In this document: positions 17,558 to 28,488 of the stretch, one piece after another | Layout: every line of letters starts with the position of its first letter | Position numbering within the stretch: position 1 is the first letter of the stretch | Source: a virus | DNA length: 64,000 nt | Strand: one strand, 5' to 3' | Virus record (IMG/VR): IMGVR_UViG_3300012346_000689 | Coordinates: 15,318 to 79,317 of that record | Notes under the pieces: model-generated | The model's input: the letters and a program-made list of their open reading frames with translations, nothing else | Database searches by the model: none | Told to the model about the DNA's origin: nothing | Program-made: the position numbers and the translations under genes

Positions 17558-18118
17558 TTATTCAAAGCTCTCTACCGGGATAATTCTAAGAGATAATATG
17601 GACGGGCTTAAAGGCACTGCCACTTCCACAAAAGCGTTAGATTCGGGGATAGTTTGAGTGAGGTTTGATGTGGGAAGATTGTCCCCTAGATAGATTTTGT
17701 TCTCAGAGCTAGGAAGCCAATTCCATAGAATGTTACTCACGTCGCCCCCGGTCTTAACGGTTACATATTCGTCAACGTTACCAAAGCTTAGGAGGATACC
17801 GATTATATCCCGTCTATCTTCGTTATTTATGTCCCCTAAATAGACTTTATTGTTAATTAGACAAACGGTTTTATAAACGTCGTCTGAGGTGGTATTTTCT
17901 CCTAACTGTAAGGATTGCTCTAACATATCTCCTATCCTATTTATTACTACCGATTCTAATAAACAATAGACAGAATCAGGGACTATATTCGTGGTTACAC
18001 TAGGAACACTGACACTACTTTCTATGGGCAATAAAGTAACGGTTGAGGAGACTGCGGGAGTCTCAACTACTGACTCTGATTCATGGGGTGTTAAATCGCT
18101 GGTAACGCTACAGGTCAT
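17558..18118 (-). CDS. hypothetical protein (possibly virion)
   Basis: 186 aa, ATGA-coupled to the BppU-like gene. Confidence 0.5.
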   Translation of the reverse strand: MTCSVTSDLTPHESESVVETPAVSSTVTLLPIESSVSVPSVTTNIVPDSVYCLLESVVINRIGDMLEQSLQLGENTTSDDVYKTVCLINNKVYLGDINNEDRRDIIGILLSFGNVDEYVTVKTGGDVSNILWNWLPSSENKIYLGDNLPTSNLTQTIPESNAFVEVAVPLSPSILSLRIIPVESFE

Positions 18119-18519
18119 GGTCTTAAGGTACTCCTTCCCCGAATATTGGCTCTAAATCTCGCTACTACCTTCTCTGAAGTGCCATCAGTTATCAAGAGGT
18201 CTCCATAAATAGTTTTACCTATGGTCAAATTAGCGGTTTGGGCCGCGGTAATTTCTATTAGGTAGCTCACATCATAGTTACCGGCTCTCTCAGTAGGGAC
18301 TATATTATTAATGGCTAGTGCGGGTATTTTGTTATCGTCAGTGATTACCGCGCGATCCCACGATACATTTAACCAGTGACAATAACCCGTGAATGTGGTA
18401 AAATCCATCTCCTCAGTAGAGTCCGTGACATGAACCACCATAGCGCGATCGCAGCCTATGATGATTTCTATGTCGTGGGTTTGGGTATCAATGCCGTAAA
18501 GTGCAGCTAGATTTGTCAT
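18115..18519 (-). CDS. BppU-like baseplate/tail Ig-like protein
   Basis: DIEIIIGCDRAMVV...IEITAAQTANL...YGDLLITDG...RFRANI pattern. Confidence 0.45.
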   Translation of the reverse strand: MTNLAALYGIDTQTHDIEIIIGCDRAMVVHVTDSTEEMDFTTFTGYCHWLNVSWDRAVITDDNKIPALAINNIVPTERAGNYDVSYLIEITAAQTANLTIGKTIYGDLLITDGTSEKVVARFRANIRGRSTLRP

Positions 18520-18590
18520 CGCTTATCAATGAATTTGGCAATAATATAATATTATTACACACTTCACAATAAAATAAAGAGGAGATTGTG

Positions 18591-18758
18591 ATGACAAAAT
18601 TAACAGTAGAACAACAATTTAGTTTAAAAACATTTGAGATAGAGGTTCAACAAATGAGTAGGGAACAGGCTCAAGAAATGCTCGTGAATCTGTATCAAAA
18701 TATAATAATTCAAGAGAATGCTTATAAAAAGATTATTAAGGAGCGATGGGGACTTTGA
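18591..18758 (+). CDS. nblA: phycobilisome degradation protein NblA
   Basis: Translated by hand (55 aa, below the ORF-track cutoff): MTKLTVEQQFSLKTFEIEVQQMSREQAQEMLVNLYQNIIIQENAYKKIIKERWGL; GAGGAG RBS. Confidence 0.9.
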   Translation: MTKLTVEQQFSLKTFEIEVQQMSREQAQEMLVNLYQNIIIQENAYKKIIKERWGL

Positions 18759-18787
18759 TATAATTAAATAAAACTACTTTGAAGATT

Positions 18788-18940
18788 ATGCCTATTACAC
18801 CTAGTGACCCGGATTACAGCGAGATCATGAAACAACAATCAGAAGCGGCTAAAACAGCGCGTAAACAGCGCAAGAAAAAGGAGCGGTTTAGCCGTGTTGT
18901 TAACAACTATGGCACAATAAGAAAAGGATCGTGTGAATAG
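18788..18940 (+). CDS. small basic hypothetical protein (50 aa)
   Basis: MPITPSDPDYSEIMKQQSEAAKTARKQRKKKERF... Confidence 0.4.
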   Translation: MPITPSDPDYSEIMKQQSEAAKTARKQRKKKERFSRVVNNYGTIRKGSCE

Positions 18941-19009
18941 TAGGTTTAGGTTGGGGACTATTGTCCCCTGTCCAAAATATGGACAACATAGTTAGCAACA
19001 GGAAAGATT

Positions 19010-22000
19010 ATGGTTAGTTGTATTTACGCTTCGCAAGTTGAACAAATATCAGATAGTTTAATATCTTTAACGGTTGGCAGTGGTGGGACTACCACTGCAT
19101 CAAGTAATTATTATTATTGGTTTCAAGGTTTAACAAGGGGTGGGCTAAATAAACAAACTGCATTAGGTCAAAAGTCGGTAGGAATAGGGCAAAAACTGAC
19201 TTTTAGTTTAAACAGTGCTTTACCTAACGGTTGCGATACGTTAGCTCTTGTATTATCTGCTAACAGTAGTAATACAGCTACTACGGCGCGGGTAGTGGCA
19301 ATCCTTTTTCTAACTGATGATAACCAAGAGACGAGGAGGACTTTGCCCGTATCAATAGAATTGAGTAGTGATGCCCACTTCTCGCTGAGTGGTACTGTAG
19401 CGACTGCGGGCGCACTAAGTGCTGTCAGTGGGATAACAGGGACTCAAAGACTTGTGACGGGTGAATCTGCTTATTATCTCTACGATGCAGAGGGCTGGTT
19501 TCCTCAGAGTGGTGGGAGTGCCGGCTGGTTTAAGGTTAATGGGGTACAAGTATATCAAGCAGATACTACTACACCAAGGCAATCGGGGTATTTATTTGGC
19601 GGCAGTGATACTCCCGTGGTGAGTGTTGCTGCTGATAGTGCCGTCCCTGCACCATTGGGATGGCTAGGCACGGGCGACGATTCCCCTACCATTAAACTAT
19701 GGCTAATCAACGGATTGACAGAGGATTTAGGGACAATCCTAACAGCAGGGACTGAACTGCTATTTATCCCCTCAGTTGACAATTCTACTAACTTAGGGGC
19801 TTCCCTACTTAGTGAAAAAACAGAGATTACCCCCACCAATAAGATTAGAAGGTCAAGTGGTACAATTAGTACCGCTTTGTCGGGTGCAGCAATATTGTAC
19901 AGTGCTGGAGTAAGTTTTTATTCGTTGTCTGATAGTTTGAATAGGGGTTATGCGTTAGAATTTGAGGTGGTGACAAGTGCGGTAATAGGGAATGGTCAAG
20001 AGATAAGTGTTTATATCTTGAATTATGGGAATATAGGGACTTACGATGTCAATGACTTTATGGGGTCAGCCATATTCCCTGAGAACTCCACAACGCCCGC
20101 TCTCTCTAAATTAGCGAGGATATTACCTAACGATGTAGGATTAAAAAGGTTAGAGGGAATAGGTAGAATTGACCTACAGAATAAGCTAGGTGGTTATACT
20201 TTCGCTCAACCTAGTTATCAATCATTTTCTGATGGATTGCTAAGTGATACGGTCGATCAAATAGTAGCTATAAATGGGCTACAAAACGGTTTTTGTCGTG
20301 TTATTCAGAGCTTAGGGGATCTATCTATAAATGAGGCAGTGAGGGCTATAGTCTCCACTGCTGCGGGCTATCAGTACGCTTCGGGGTGGAGTAACACCAT
20401 AACAGTGAGTGCCAATGCGCAAATATCCCTAGTCTTTAACCATCCTTCACAAATAAGGGGTGATTACCCTGATGTTATTGCGGGCGTGAGTGACGGTGTA
20501 TTTCAGGTAGATGGGATTGTGGTAGAACTGCTTAAGGACGGGGTGACAACCTATGTTTATCCTGATGTGCTGCCTAGTACAGACCCTCAAACAATCCTAC
20601 TGAGTAACACCACCGGTACAAGTGGTACATCCCCTACGGTAGAAAGTGCGCCTGATTTCGGGTTGTGGGGATATGAAACTCTTGCTATCACTGAGAATGC
20701 GGGTGCTGGTTCGTTGGCTGCGGGGTCGTATAAGGTAAGAGTTTATTATCGTTATGCCGGTACGGCTATATCTTCTATATCTCACTCAGTGACTGACGGT
20801 TGCATCCCTGAATTTACCCAAACCTTGTCAGACTTGTCAGCGATCGCTGGTTATTGGGGTGAGCCTGTAGCGTTAAAGTCAGATTTAGCCCTATTAGAGC
20901 CTTTGACTCAACAAGCGCGGCTATGTCGTGAGAATTGGGGTGTTTACATCTATGATCCAACTAATATTAATAATCTTGCTACTAATAATGATTCCGTTAT
21001 CGCTGCGGGAACAGGACGATGGATTCTGGTTACTAGCCTCTATTTTCGTAGCCCTGTTACTAATAAAGCTGCACTGAAGGCTTTACCGGTAGCGTCTCTC
21101 AAAGAAGGTGAATTAAGAATCTGTTTAGAGAATAACGCACCTTATATATATCGATTAGTTCTACCTTCTCCAGATGATAACGACCTCTACCTAGAGAGTG
21201 CGGACGGTACTGTAGAAGGTTGGGTTAAAGCAAGTGGGTCAGGTAGTGGTTCAGGTTTAGGAGAAACGGCATCCGAGACCACTTTGAAAGCGATCGCATC
21301 TACGACCTTAATAGATAATCAATTGATACAAGTTCAGTCTCAGAACGCTATCTACCAATACTATGACGGTGCTACATTAGTAGAGAACGCGCCGATTATA
21401 TATAGACCTAATGATTATAGTAGCTATAACGGTGTCTGGATACGTCATTCGATTATCAATAGTAGCGGTGGATTAGTAATAGATTCAGATGACATTGGTG
21501 AGGGGTCGGTTAACAAATTTTTAAGCGTTTCGGATCAAGCAAAAATAGATAATGTGCCTAGTAACACGGTATCAGAATTAGCAGGTAAAGCAGCTACAAG
21601 CCACACTCACGTTACGACTAAGGGTTCTTTACTAACAGGAAATAATACTGCTCAAGTAGAGTTGGCTGTAGGAACAAACAATCAGGTTTTAACTGTTGAT
21701 TCAGGTCAAGCGAGCGGGCTAACTTGGACAACCCCTGCACAAGCCGGGGTAACAACTACAACCGCTAATTATACCCAACCTGCTATTAATGCAGTGGTAA
21801 ATGTTGCGGTTGGGAATAGCAGTTTATTTGTAGAAGGTGGTTATGTAAGAATTGATAATGGTGGCGATTATTTAATATCATCTATACCTGATAGTACCCA
21901 TCTAACCCTTGAGAATTTAGGAGGAACAAATAGCGCACCAAGTGTAGTTATAGGCACAGGTGCGATAGTCGTATCTACTGGTAAACCTGGTGAAGATGGG

Positions 22001-23086
22001 AATAGTTCTGTAACCACAAGTACAGCGTCTTTTACGGTTCCTAATGTGGGTAATACTGTTAATATTTCAGTTGCTAACTCTACAATCTTTAATAATGATG
22101 TAATCGTTCATATAGCTACGGCTGGTTATTACAAAATAACGGCTAAACCTGACACTACGACTATAACAGCGCAAAACTTAGGTTACGACGACAACGCTGC
22201 GCCAGCATCAATTATTACATCTAATAAACAAATAGTTGTAGCTGGTGTTAAAGGTCAAGATGGTGTCAATTCTTTTACTGATACTACCGATAGTTTTACC
22301 GTCCCTAGTGTTAATAGTAACGTCAATGTGGTTGTAGCTAATTCAGGTGTTTTTAGTGATTTAGTTACTATTTTCATAGAAGATGCTGGTTACTATCAAG
22401 TAATTAATACAGTTGATGCTAATAATATCACAGCTAAAAACTTAGGATATGCTGGTAACGCCGCTCCCTCAACTTTAATAGCGTCAGGAAAACAAATATC
22501 TTTAGCCGGGGTCATAGGTGCTACGGGTGATCCTGGACCTGCTGGTAGTCCAGGATCCGCCGGTGCGGATGGTGCTGATGGATGGAACGCATATTTCACA
22601 TCCTCAGAAGCGATCGCAATACCATCAGTAGGGAATACTGTAAGCATTAATTTTAATCTTGGTACTTCTGATGGTATGTTAGCCGGTCAAGAGTGGCAGC
22701 TAACCGACGGGACTCTGAAAGTCTTTTTTGTTGTTGATAGTGTCACTGATAGTAATACAGTAGTATTTGAAAACCCAACGGGTAAGGGTAATCCTAGTGG
22801 CACTCTTAATAGTGGAGCGAGCGTCAATGGTATTGTGGGTATATCAGGTGGTAAGGGTGACGCGGGAGCTACAGGTGCGGCTGGCGCTGCCGGTGCTACG
22901 GGTGCAACAGGATCTATAGGTCAATTTGCTCGCACGGATACAGTAACGACCGTAACGGCTGGTAACGCAGCTCTACGGGTAAAATCTACTAGTGATAAGA
23001 TATATTTAGATTTAGAAACTAAGCAAGAAAAAATCACTTTAGATTCAGATAAACCACAAATATTAAAACTTTGGTTATGGGGATAA
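19010..23086 (+). CDS. tail fibre-like protein with tandem beta-domains and collagen-like triplets
   Basis: Four ~88-aa repeats (FTVPxVxxxVNVxVANS...GYY...NLG) linked by Gly-X-Y runs; Thr/Gly/Ser rich. Confidence 0.7.
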   Translation: MVSCIYASQVEQISDSLISLTVGSGGTTTASSNYYYWFQGLTRGGLNKQTALGQKSVGIGQKLTFSLNSALPNGCDTLALVLSANSSNTATTARVVAILFLTDDNQETRRTLPVSIELSSDAHFSLSGTVATAGALSAVSGITGTQRLVTGESAYYLYDAEGWFPQSGGSAGWFKVNGVQVYQADTTTPRQSGYLFGGSDTPVVSVAADSAVPAPLGWLGTGDDSPTIKLWLINGLTEDLGTILTAGTELLFIPSVDNSTNLGASLLSEKTEITPTNKIRRSSGTISTALSGAAILYSAGVSFYSLSDSLNRGYALEFEVVTSAVIGNGQEISVYILNYGNIGTYDVNDFMGSAIFPENSTTPALSKLARILPNDVGLKRLEGIGRIDLQNKLGGYTFAQPSYQSFSDGLLSDTVDQIVAINGLQNGFCRVIQSLGDLSINEAVRAIVSTAAGYQYASGWSNTITVSANAQISLVFNHPSQIRGDYPDVIAGVSDGVFQVDGIVVELLKDGVTTYVYPDVLPSTDPQTILLSNTTGTSGTSPTVESAPDFGLWGYETLAITENAGAGSLAAGSYKVRVYYRYAGTAISSISHSVTDGCIPEFTQTLSDLSAIAGYWGEPVALKSDLALLEPLTQQARLCRENWGVYIYDPTNINNLATNNDSVIAAGTGRWILVTSLYFRSPVTNKAALKALPVASLKEGELRICLENNAPYIYRLVLPSPDDNDLYLESADGTVEGWVKASGSGSGSGLGETASETTLKAIASTTLIDNQLIQVQSQNAIYQYYDGATLVENAPIIYRPNDYSSYNGVWIRHSIINSSGGLVIDSDDIGEGSVNKFLSVSDQAKIDNVPSNTVSELAGKAATSHTHVTTKGSLLTGNNTAQVELAVGTNNQVLTVDSGQASGLTWTTPAQAGVTTTTANYTQPAINAVVNVAVGNSSLFVEGGYVRIDNGGDYLISSIPDSTHLTLENLGGTNSAPSVVIGTGAIVVSTGKPGEDGNSSVTTSTASFTVPNVGNTVNISVANSTIFNNDVIVHIATAGYYKITAKPDTTTITAQNLGYDDNAAPASIITSNKQIVVAGVKGQDGVNSFTDTTDSFTVPSVNSNVNVVVANSGVFSDLVTIFIEDAGYYQVINTVDANNITAKNLGYAGNAAPSTLIASGKQISLAGVIGATGDPGPAGSPGSAGADGADGWNAYFTSSEAIAIPSVGNTVSINFNLGTSDGMLAGQEWQLTDGTLKVFFVVDSVTDSNTVVFENPTGKGNPSGTLNSGASVNGIVGISGGKGDAGATGAAGAAGATGATGSIGQFARTDTVTTVTAGNAALRVKSTSDKIYLDLETKQEKITLDSDKPQILKLWLWG

Positions 23087-23089
23087 AAA

Positions 23090-23446
23090 ATGGCAGAAAC
23101 ACCTAAGACTGTAGCGGTTAATTTAACAACAAGTTCAGAAACTGATTTACTAGATATTTCTGGTGAAGCGGCCGGCTCTTGGGCAAGGATAATTTCTATC
23201 ACAATTAGTAACGGAACAACGGCGGGGACTCTCACATTGAGACAGTATCAAACTGCTTATACTTCTAGTTCTGTTGTGTTTGCAAACGCTTTACCAATAG
23301 TGGCTAGTGGTAGCATGACACCCGCTACTATACCAAGAATATTTGATCTTCTCCTAATAAGAGAAACTTCAAGTAAAATAACAGGTCAAGCAGCAACCTC
23401 TACGGGAATAGCTGTTAAAATTGATTATATGCTTTACACACCATAA
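23090..23446 (+). CDS. small virion protein (fibre-associated)
   Basis: Beta-rich 118 aa directly after the fibre gene. Confidence 0.5.
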   Translation: MAETPKTVAVNLTTSSETDLLDISGEAAGSWARIISITISNGTTAGTLTLRQYQTAYTSSSVVFANALPIVASGSMTPATIPRIFDLLLIRETSSKITGQAATSTGIAVKIDYMLYTP

Positions 23447-23451
23447 CAACT

Positions 23452-23757
23452 ATGCAGTTAACAACAATTGACGAGAATTTATCTAACTATGTTTTACTCT
23501 TTCCTGAAGGCTTGGGTAATGTAGCTTTGATTACTACAGATCCTAGTATTACTCCAGATGCTAACAATGTTTTAACAGGAAAAATAGCTAATTACTATGT
23601 GATAACTCCTGGTGGGATTAAACCTTATTCAAGACCTTTATCTAGTTTGATAGGATTAGAAATAGTGTTAACAATTGATCTTTTAATTAACTATGTAGAA
23701 TCTTTAAAACCGATTAAGCAAAATCAATTTATTAGCAATAGTTTTGAGGCGTTGTAA
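23452..23757 (+). CDS. hypothetical protein
   Basis: Operon position. Confidence 0.5.
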   Translation: MQLTTIDENLSNYVLLFPEGLGNVALITTDPSITPDANNVLTGKIANYYVITPGGIKPYSRPLSSLIGLEIVLTIDLLINYVESLKPIKQNQFISNSFEAL

Positions 23758-24287
23758 TGTTTTATCGTAGCAATTCTAACCAAAGGTTTAGACCTGCTTT
23801 TGGTGTATATGATGTTCCTACAACAACGACTCCTAGTAGGAACACTTCATTGTTTAATACGTTAACTTATACTCCTACTGCATCTTATAGTTATACCTAC
23901 AATAGCACTTATGTTTTGTCACTAATAAATGACGACAATTTATCTGCCGGAGTTATTAAGACAGGCGGTGGAGTCGGAGCGGAATTACAATTTACAGTTA
24001 CTTTTTCTAGTTCTGTTTTTATTAATCGTGTTGGCATAAGAACAGGGCAGTTTAATGGTAATTTTAACGGGTTCTATGAATTAGAATTATGGGATAGTAC
24101 ATTTTCAACTTTACTTTATTATATAAAGGCGGCTGCTTTTGGAACATGGTACACCTATACAAATATAGATACAACTGCTGATGCTGATTTAGATACAGCT
24201 AGAACTGTATATGGCGTTAAATTTAAAAACGCTACGCCACCTAATGTTTCTTGTCGAGAATTAGACTTTTTTGGACATATTGCTTAA
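23757..24287 (+). CDS. putative discoidin/galactose-binding-like domain protein
   Basis: LQFTVTFSSSVFINRVGIRTGQFNG...ELELWDS...CRELDFFG jelly-roll pattern. Confidence 0.45.
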   Translation: MFYRSNSNQRFRPAFGVYDVPTTTTPSRNTSLFNTLTYTPTASYSYTYNSTYVLSLINDDNLSAGVIKTGGGVGAELQFTVTFSSSVFINRVGIRTGQFNGNFNGFYELELWDSTFSTLLYYIKAAAFGTWYTYTNIDTTADADLDTARTVYGVKFKNATPPNVSCRELDFFGHIA

Positions 24288-24307
24288 AAATTATTACAAG
24301 GATAAAA

Positions 24308-24475
24308 ATGCAACAAGAACCACAAAACTTACTTAACCAATTAACTTATCATTTAAAGTGTAATAACACCCTTTGCCGTACAAAATACACTACCAAAAAC
24401 ATAAATAAAAATGGTGTAGCTTGTCCAAAATGTTCGATAGGAATACTACAATGTATCAAGATAAACGAAAATTAG
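24308..24475 (+). CDS. small Zn-finger protein
   Basis: CNNTLC...CPKC. Confidence 0.5.
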   Translation: MQQEPQNLLNQLTYHLKCNNTLCRTKYTTKNINKNGVACPKCSIGILQCIKINEN

Positions 24476-24607
24476 ATATTTAAAACCTCTATTTGAGTTA
24501 GTGGGAAATGTTAAAATAAAAGAATAAATTTTTGAATAAAAAAGGAGACTCTTAAGACTCTTGTTTATAGTATTACGATAGTATTAAAGCACCTTTTTAG
24601 GTGCTTT

Positions 24608-27415
24608 TTAAGCGTAGGTAGTAGCGTAAATAATAGGCTCATCATCAGATAATTTAAGTTGAGTAGTAGTAATATTTTGCTGCCTAACTAACTTATTGTT
24701 AATGAGTTTGTAGTGATCAATATAATGCTTTTTATTAGTCTTATTATATTCATTAATTGCTTGAGAGATATAGATATTTTTATCCTGTAAAGATATTTGT
24801 TTGTTATCCTGTTCAAGATAAGCTAACATCATGTTTAAAGTGTTAGAAGATGAGTATAGCCATGAGTTACCATTCTCGCCAAGGATATTGAATCCACAAT
24901 GGAAGTTAACCTTTTGTTTTCGAGAAAAAGTGATATTTAAATAATTAAAATGCTGAGTGATTGTTTCTTCTGAACTAAAATTCGGACCAAAAACGTTAAT
25001 CCTAAGCACTGAATAAGTAGAGACAGAATTAATAACTCCGTGATAAATATAATCAATACCGTCTTCATTTTGATACAAATAGATGGGCATCCCTACTAAT
25101 AAATCCCAAGTAGGATCATAAGGTAAATAAGTAGTGGTTGAAACTGAGTAGATATAAGGTAATAAATCTAAATTAATCCAATCAATAGTAACAGTTTCAT
25201 TATCAGGTCTAGCATAGAAATCATAGCTATCGAAGCCTATATCCGTGCTAGAAAAAGAGTAAGACGTATTGTAATAATTATGTAAACCAATCTTGAAACT
25301 ATCATAATCAGATGGGGTAACATCTAAAGTAATAGGAAAAGTAGCACCAATTAAGTCAAGAGAGCGATCGCATTCTACCCATAAAGAATTACTATCAATC
25401 GCAATATCAACATTACTAGAGTTCTTGAGCCAATAACCTGTATTAATTGGTGGTGAATATCTCGAAACCGTTAGGCTTTTTAATTCAGATAATAACTGAT
25501 GCGAGACTTTATTACAACCATATTTAAGAGGTTTGTATAAGAAGTCATTTAGGTTAGCTTCTGTATAATCCCCATAAGTATAGGCAATTCCTAAAGCCTG
25601 TAATTCCCCTAGTCCTATTGTTCTGATAACTCTTTCTTCTATAGATTGATAACTTAAACTGTACTCTAATTCTGACTTAACTTTAGTCCATAAAGAACCT
25701 GTATTAGAAGTTAACAGAACTGATGGTTTAACTTCAGTCAAGTCTTTAGTTATAGTGTATTCAATAGTAGTATTAAAAGTTAAGTGAGTGTTCCAAACCG
25801 CGTTAATAGCAGATGTGCCAAAAGTAGTATATGGGTAGTAAATATAAGCGTGAATAGCTTCATCCCAACTATTAACAGTCAAAGGGTAAATCTTATTAGT
25901 AGAGTAGTCTAAATTGACTAACTCAACTGAGATGTTAAACGTTACATTGTAAGTATTATCTAATTCCCATTCACTAAATAAATCTTTGTAAATTAAGACA
26001 TTCACCCCGTCATGATATTTATGATAAGAACAAGGATGAGTACCTGTTCTAGTAACCAAAAAACTAGCACTTATAGATTCATTTTTACCCCAAACTTGAG
26101 AGTAAACAGAAGCAAATATCTTTGACCAAGAAGGATCTAAGCCATTATTATCATGAATAAATAATATAGTGCTATCTAAACTTATTGCATGAGTATATAT
26201 AGATGAGGTAGTAGAATCTTCTATTAATTGTCCCGTAGATTGATAGTTATGCCATGTACTAAGTATCTCAGTTACTTTGTTTCTTGTAGTAGAATACTCT
26301 TTGCTTCCGTTAATAGTAGCAAGGTAATTGTAAGTATAGTTTGCTGGACTATCCACATAGTTATAAAAGTCTTGACTAAAGCCAAAATCAACAGGAATAC
26401 TAACACTATTACTACCTATTATTGTGTGAGTTTCTGTTGACAAATCATCAGTAATAGTCCATGTGTAATATTGATAAGGTACGGTATAAGAATAGTGGTC
26501 AAATAACGTTTTATCGTAGTTAGAAGCGATTCTATAACGGTTGTATGATGATGCGCCGTTATTAATAAAATACTGAGTAATATAGTCAGGTTCATAACCA
26601 TAAGGATTGTTAATATATTCACTTGTTATAGGGAATGTAGTAATACTTTCAGAGTAATAATTTAGCGGAAAAGGAATGGATCTTAATCCCCAAATAAGAG
26701 GCAAATCTGTAGTAGAACTTAGATAATAATCAGCGTATCCTTGAAACGGGCATGACCTAATATAAAGCCTATCCAATAACCGATTAATAGCAGGATTAAG
26801 AGTCTTTGACCATATTACAAAACCACTATTATTAATCTTTTGATATATAAACTCATCATCATTTAAAGCTAAAAAACTACCGTCTCGAATACCTGCACTT
26901 TCTCTACTTGACTCGATTAAACCGACAATATCTCCACACCAACTCAAGACAAAATTATCTATATACTGAGAGCCATAATAACTATCATTGATCACCAAAC
27001 TTTCAGGAAGTAAAACCCATCTTGTAGAGGTGCTTGTGATAGCGATCGCACCTTGCCACTTTTTATTAGGCAGTGCTTGAATAAAACAGTCTATAGTCTC
27101 AGTGCTAGGGTTAAACGTATAGATTTGAGACTTAGGCTTAAAAGCGCCTATATAAATAGCGTCTAAAAAAGAGAATATTGATTTGACATATAAAACTTTA
27201 GTAGAGGTAACAGGGTTAATATTACGGCTAATCCGAGATGACGAACGTTTAATTAGGTGACTATTGCCCGTTACTTCAATAACGCCGTCACGACGGTAAG
27301 CTATACCTTCTCCCGTTGATATATCAGAGATTGCTTGAGCTTGATAGGTTCTTTTCCCGTCCGAGATTGTAACAATATCTCCTGATTTACAGAGAGGGAC
27401 TCTAACAATTTTCAT
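24608..27415 (-). CDS. large Tyr/Ser/Thr-rich protein, probable tail/baseplate component
   Basis: 935-aa AT-rich ORF, beta-rich composition. Confidence 0.5.
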   Translation of the reverse strand: MKIVRVPLCKSGDIVTISDGKRTYQAQAISDISTGEGIAYRRDGVIEVTGNSHLIKRSSSRISRNINPVTSTKVLYVKSIFSFLDAIYIGAFKPKSQIYTFNPSTETIDCFIQALPNKKWQGAIAITSTSTRWVLLPESLVINDSYYGSQYIDNFVLSWCGDIVGLIESSRESAGIRDGSFLALNDDEFIYQKINNSGFVIWSKTLNPAINRLLDRLYIRSCPFQGYADYYLSSTTDLPLIWGLRSIPFPLNYYSESITTFPITSEYINNPYGYEPDYITQYFINNGASSYNRYRIASNYDKTLFDHYSYTVPYQYYTWTITDDLSTETHTIIGSNSVSIPVDFGFSQDFYNYVDSPANYTYNYLATINGSKEYSTTRNKVTEILSTWHNYQSTGQLIEDSTTSSIYTHAISLDSTILFIHDNNGLDPSWSKIFASVYSQVWGKNESISASFLVTRTGTHPCSYHKYHDGVNVLIYKDLFSEWELDNTYNVTFNISVELVNLDYSTNKIYPLTVNSWDEAIHAYIYYPYTTFGTSAINAVWNTHLTFNTTIEYTITKDLTEVKPSVLLTSNTGSLWTKVKSELEYSLSYQSIEERVIRTIGLGELQALGIAYTYGDYTEANLNDFLYKPLKYGCNKVSHQLLSELKSLTVSRYSPPINTGYWLKNSSNVDIAIDSNSLWVECDRSLDLIGATFPITLDVTPSDYDSFKIGLHNYYNTSYSFSSTDIGFDSYDFYARPDNETVTIDWINLDLLPYIYSVSTTTYLPYDPTWDLLVGMPIYLYQNEDGIDYIYHGVINSVSTYSVLRINVFGPNFSSEETITQHFNYLNITFSRKQKVNFHCGFNILGENGNSWLYSSSNTLNMMLAYLEQDNKQISLQDKNIYISQAINEYNKTNKKHYIDHYKLINNKLVRQQNITTTQLKLSDDEPIIYATTYA

Positions 27416-27519
27416 AGACTTATTGTGTTAGATTATTTAATAACAGGATAGCACTTATCTTGTCATTAACTCCTTAAACTTAGGATGATTTTCTCTATTT
27501 AAAAACTTATGATGAAGGT

Positions 27520-28098
27520 ATGAAAAGGACATTATTTGTAGGAACATTATTAATCATGTTGGCCAGTTATACTCCTAAAGCCCAAGCTCAAAATTCTAAA
27601 GCGTTTGAGAGTCTATTCTATCCGATTGTGGTTGGTGTGGGGATTACAATACTTACTGTTTGTGGGACAAACATAATAAGCCTAATTAGTGTAGGTAATC
27701 AAACAAAAACAATGGGCAAAATTAGAGAGATGCTTAAAAGCGATCTTTCTTCTCTTCAAGAGCAAATAGCTGGGTCGAATCAACAGATGATGACCATGAC
27801 GGAAAAACTCTCTGAAGCAATTAATCGATTAGCGGAACAAATCACTATTTTAGACCAAAGAATAGATGAGCAAAACCTTAAAAGCGCTACCGTTGAGGCT
27901 CAAGTTTTCAAGTTAACCGAAGAAGTCAAGATTCAGAGAGAATTGATTACTGCCGAGAACAAATCTATGATCTACGGATGGAACAATAGGATTGAGGGAA
28001 GAATAACTCAAGTAGAGGGTAAGGTTGATCTACTGGCGCAGCGTGTAGGCACAAACGAGAAAACTATAGATAAAGCAGTGAGCAAGCTTGACGTTTAG
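27520..28098 (+). CDS. membrane-anchored coiled-coil protein
   Basis: Signal-like N-terminus, second hydrophobic segment, long heptad C-terminus. Confidence 0.55.
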   Translation: MKRTLFVGTLLIMLASYTPKAQAQNSKAFESLFYPIVVGVGITILTVCGTNIISLISVGNQTKTMGKIREMLKSDLSSLQEQIAGSNQQMMTMTEKLSEAINRLAEQITILDQRIDEQNLKSATVEAQVFKLTEEVKIQRELITAENKSMIYGWNNRIEGRITQVEGKVDLLAQRVGTNEKTIDKAVSKLDV

Positions 28099-28188
28099 TG
28101 TGCTAATCCGCCTTAAAATGGGTAAAAACGCGCTTTTGATTATCACTTCTTTCGCTTCATAATAGAGGTGTAATCTTGAGGAATTAGT

Positions 28189-28488
28189 ATGTTATCCCTA
28201 TTGTTAGCCTTAACTCTAAGCGACGGTAAAGTAGTTGACATGACCCTGACCGACTGGTTTGCCGAGGTTTACTCTAACTCTTACTGTATCTACGCACGTC
28301 AGGGATATGATTACTATTCCGCGTCACACAAGGCTCTTACTTGGACATTGGTTAGGGCAGAGCGATCGCTGTCATCTGATGACTACATGACATTGGTCAA
28401 ATCGATGCAGTTGCCTTATTATTATGAACACACCATGAGTCAATCAGACAGTTTGATCATGGAGAAGTGCAGAGACCAGATCCGATAG
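28189..28488 (+). CDS. hypothetical secreted protein
   Basis: Hydrophobic N-terminus, GAGG RBS. Confidence 0.5.
   Translation: MLSLLLALTLSDGKVVDMTLTDWFAEVYSNSYCIYARQGYDYYSASHKALTWTLVRAERSLSSDDYMTLVKSMQLPYYYEHTMSQSDSLIMEKCRDQIR

Noticed and set aside
27520-28098. Holin or spanin
   Set aside because: Hydrophobic segments are present, but no endolysin was recognised nearby and no lipobox was seen.
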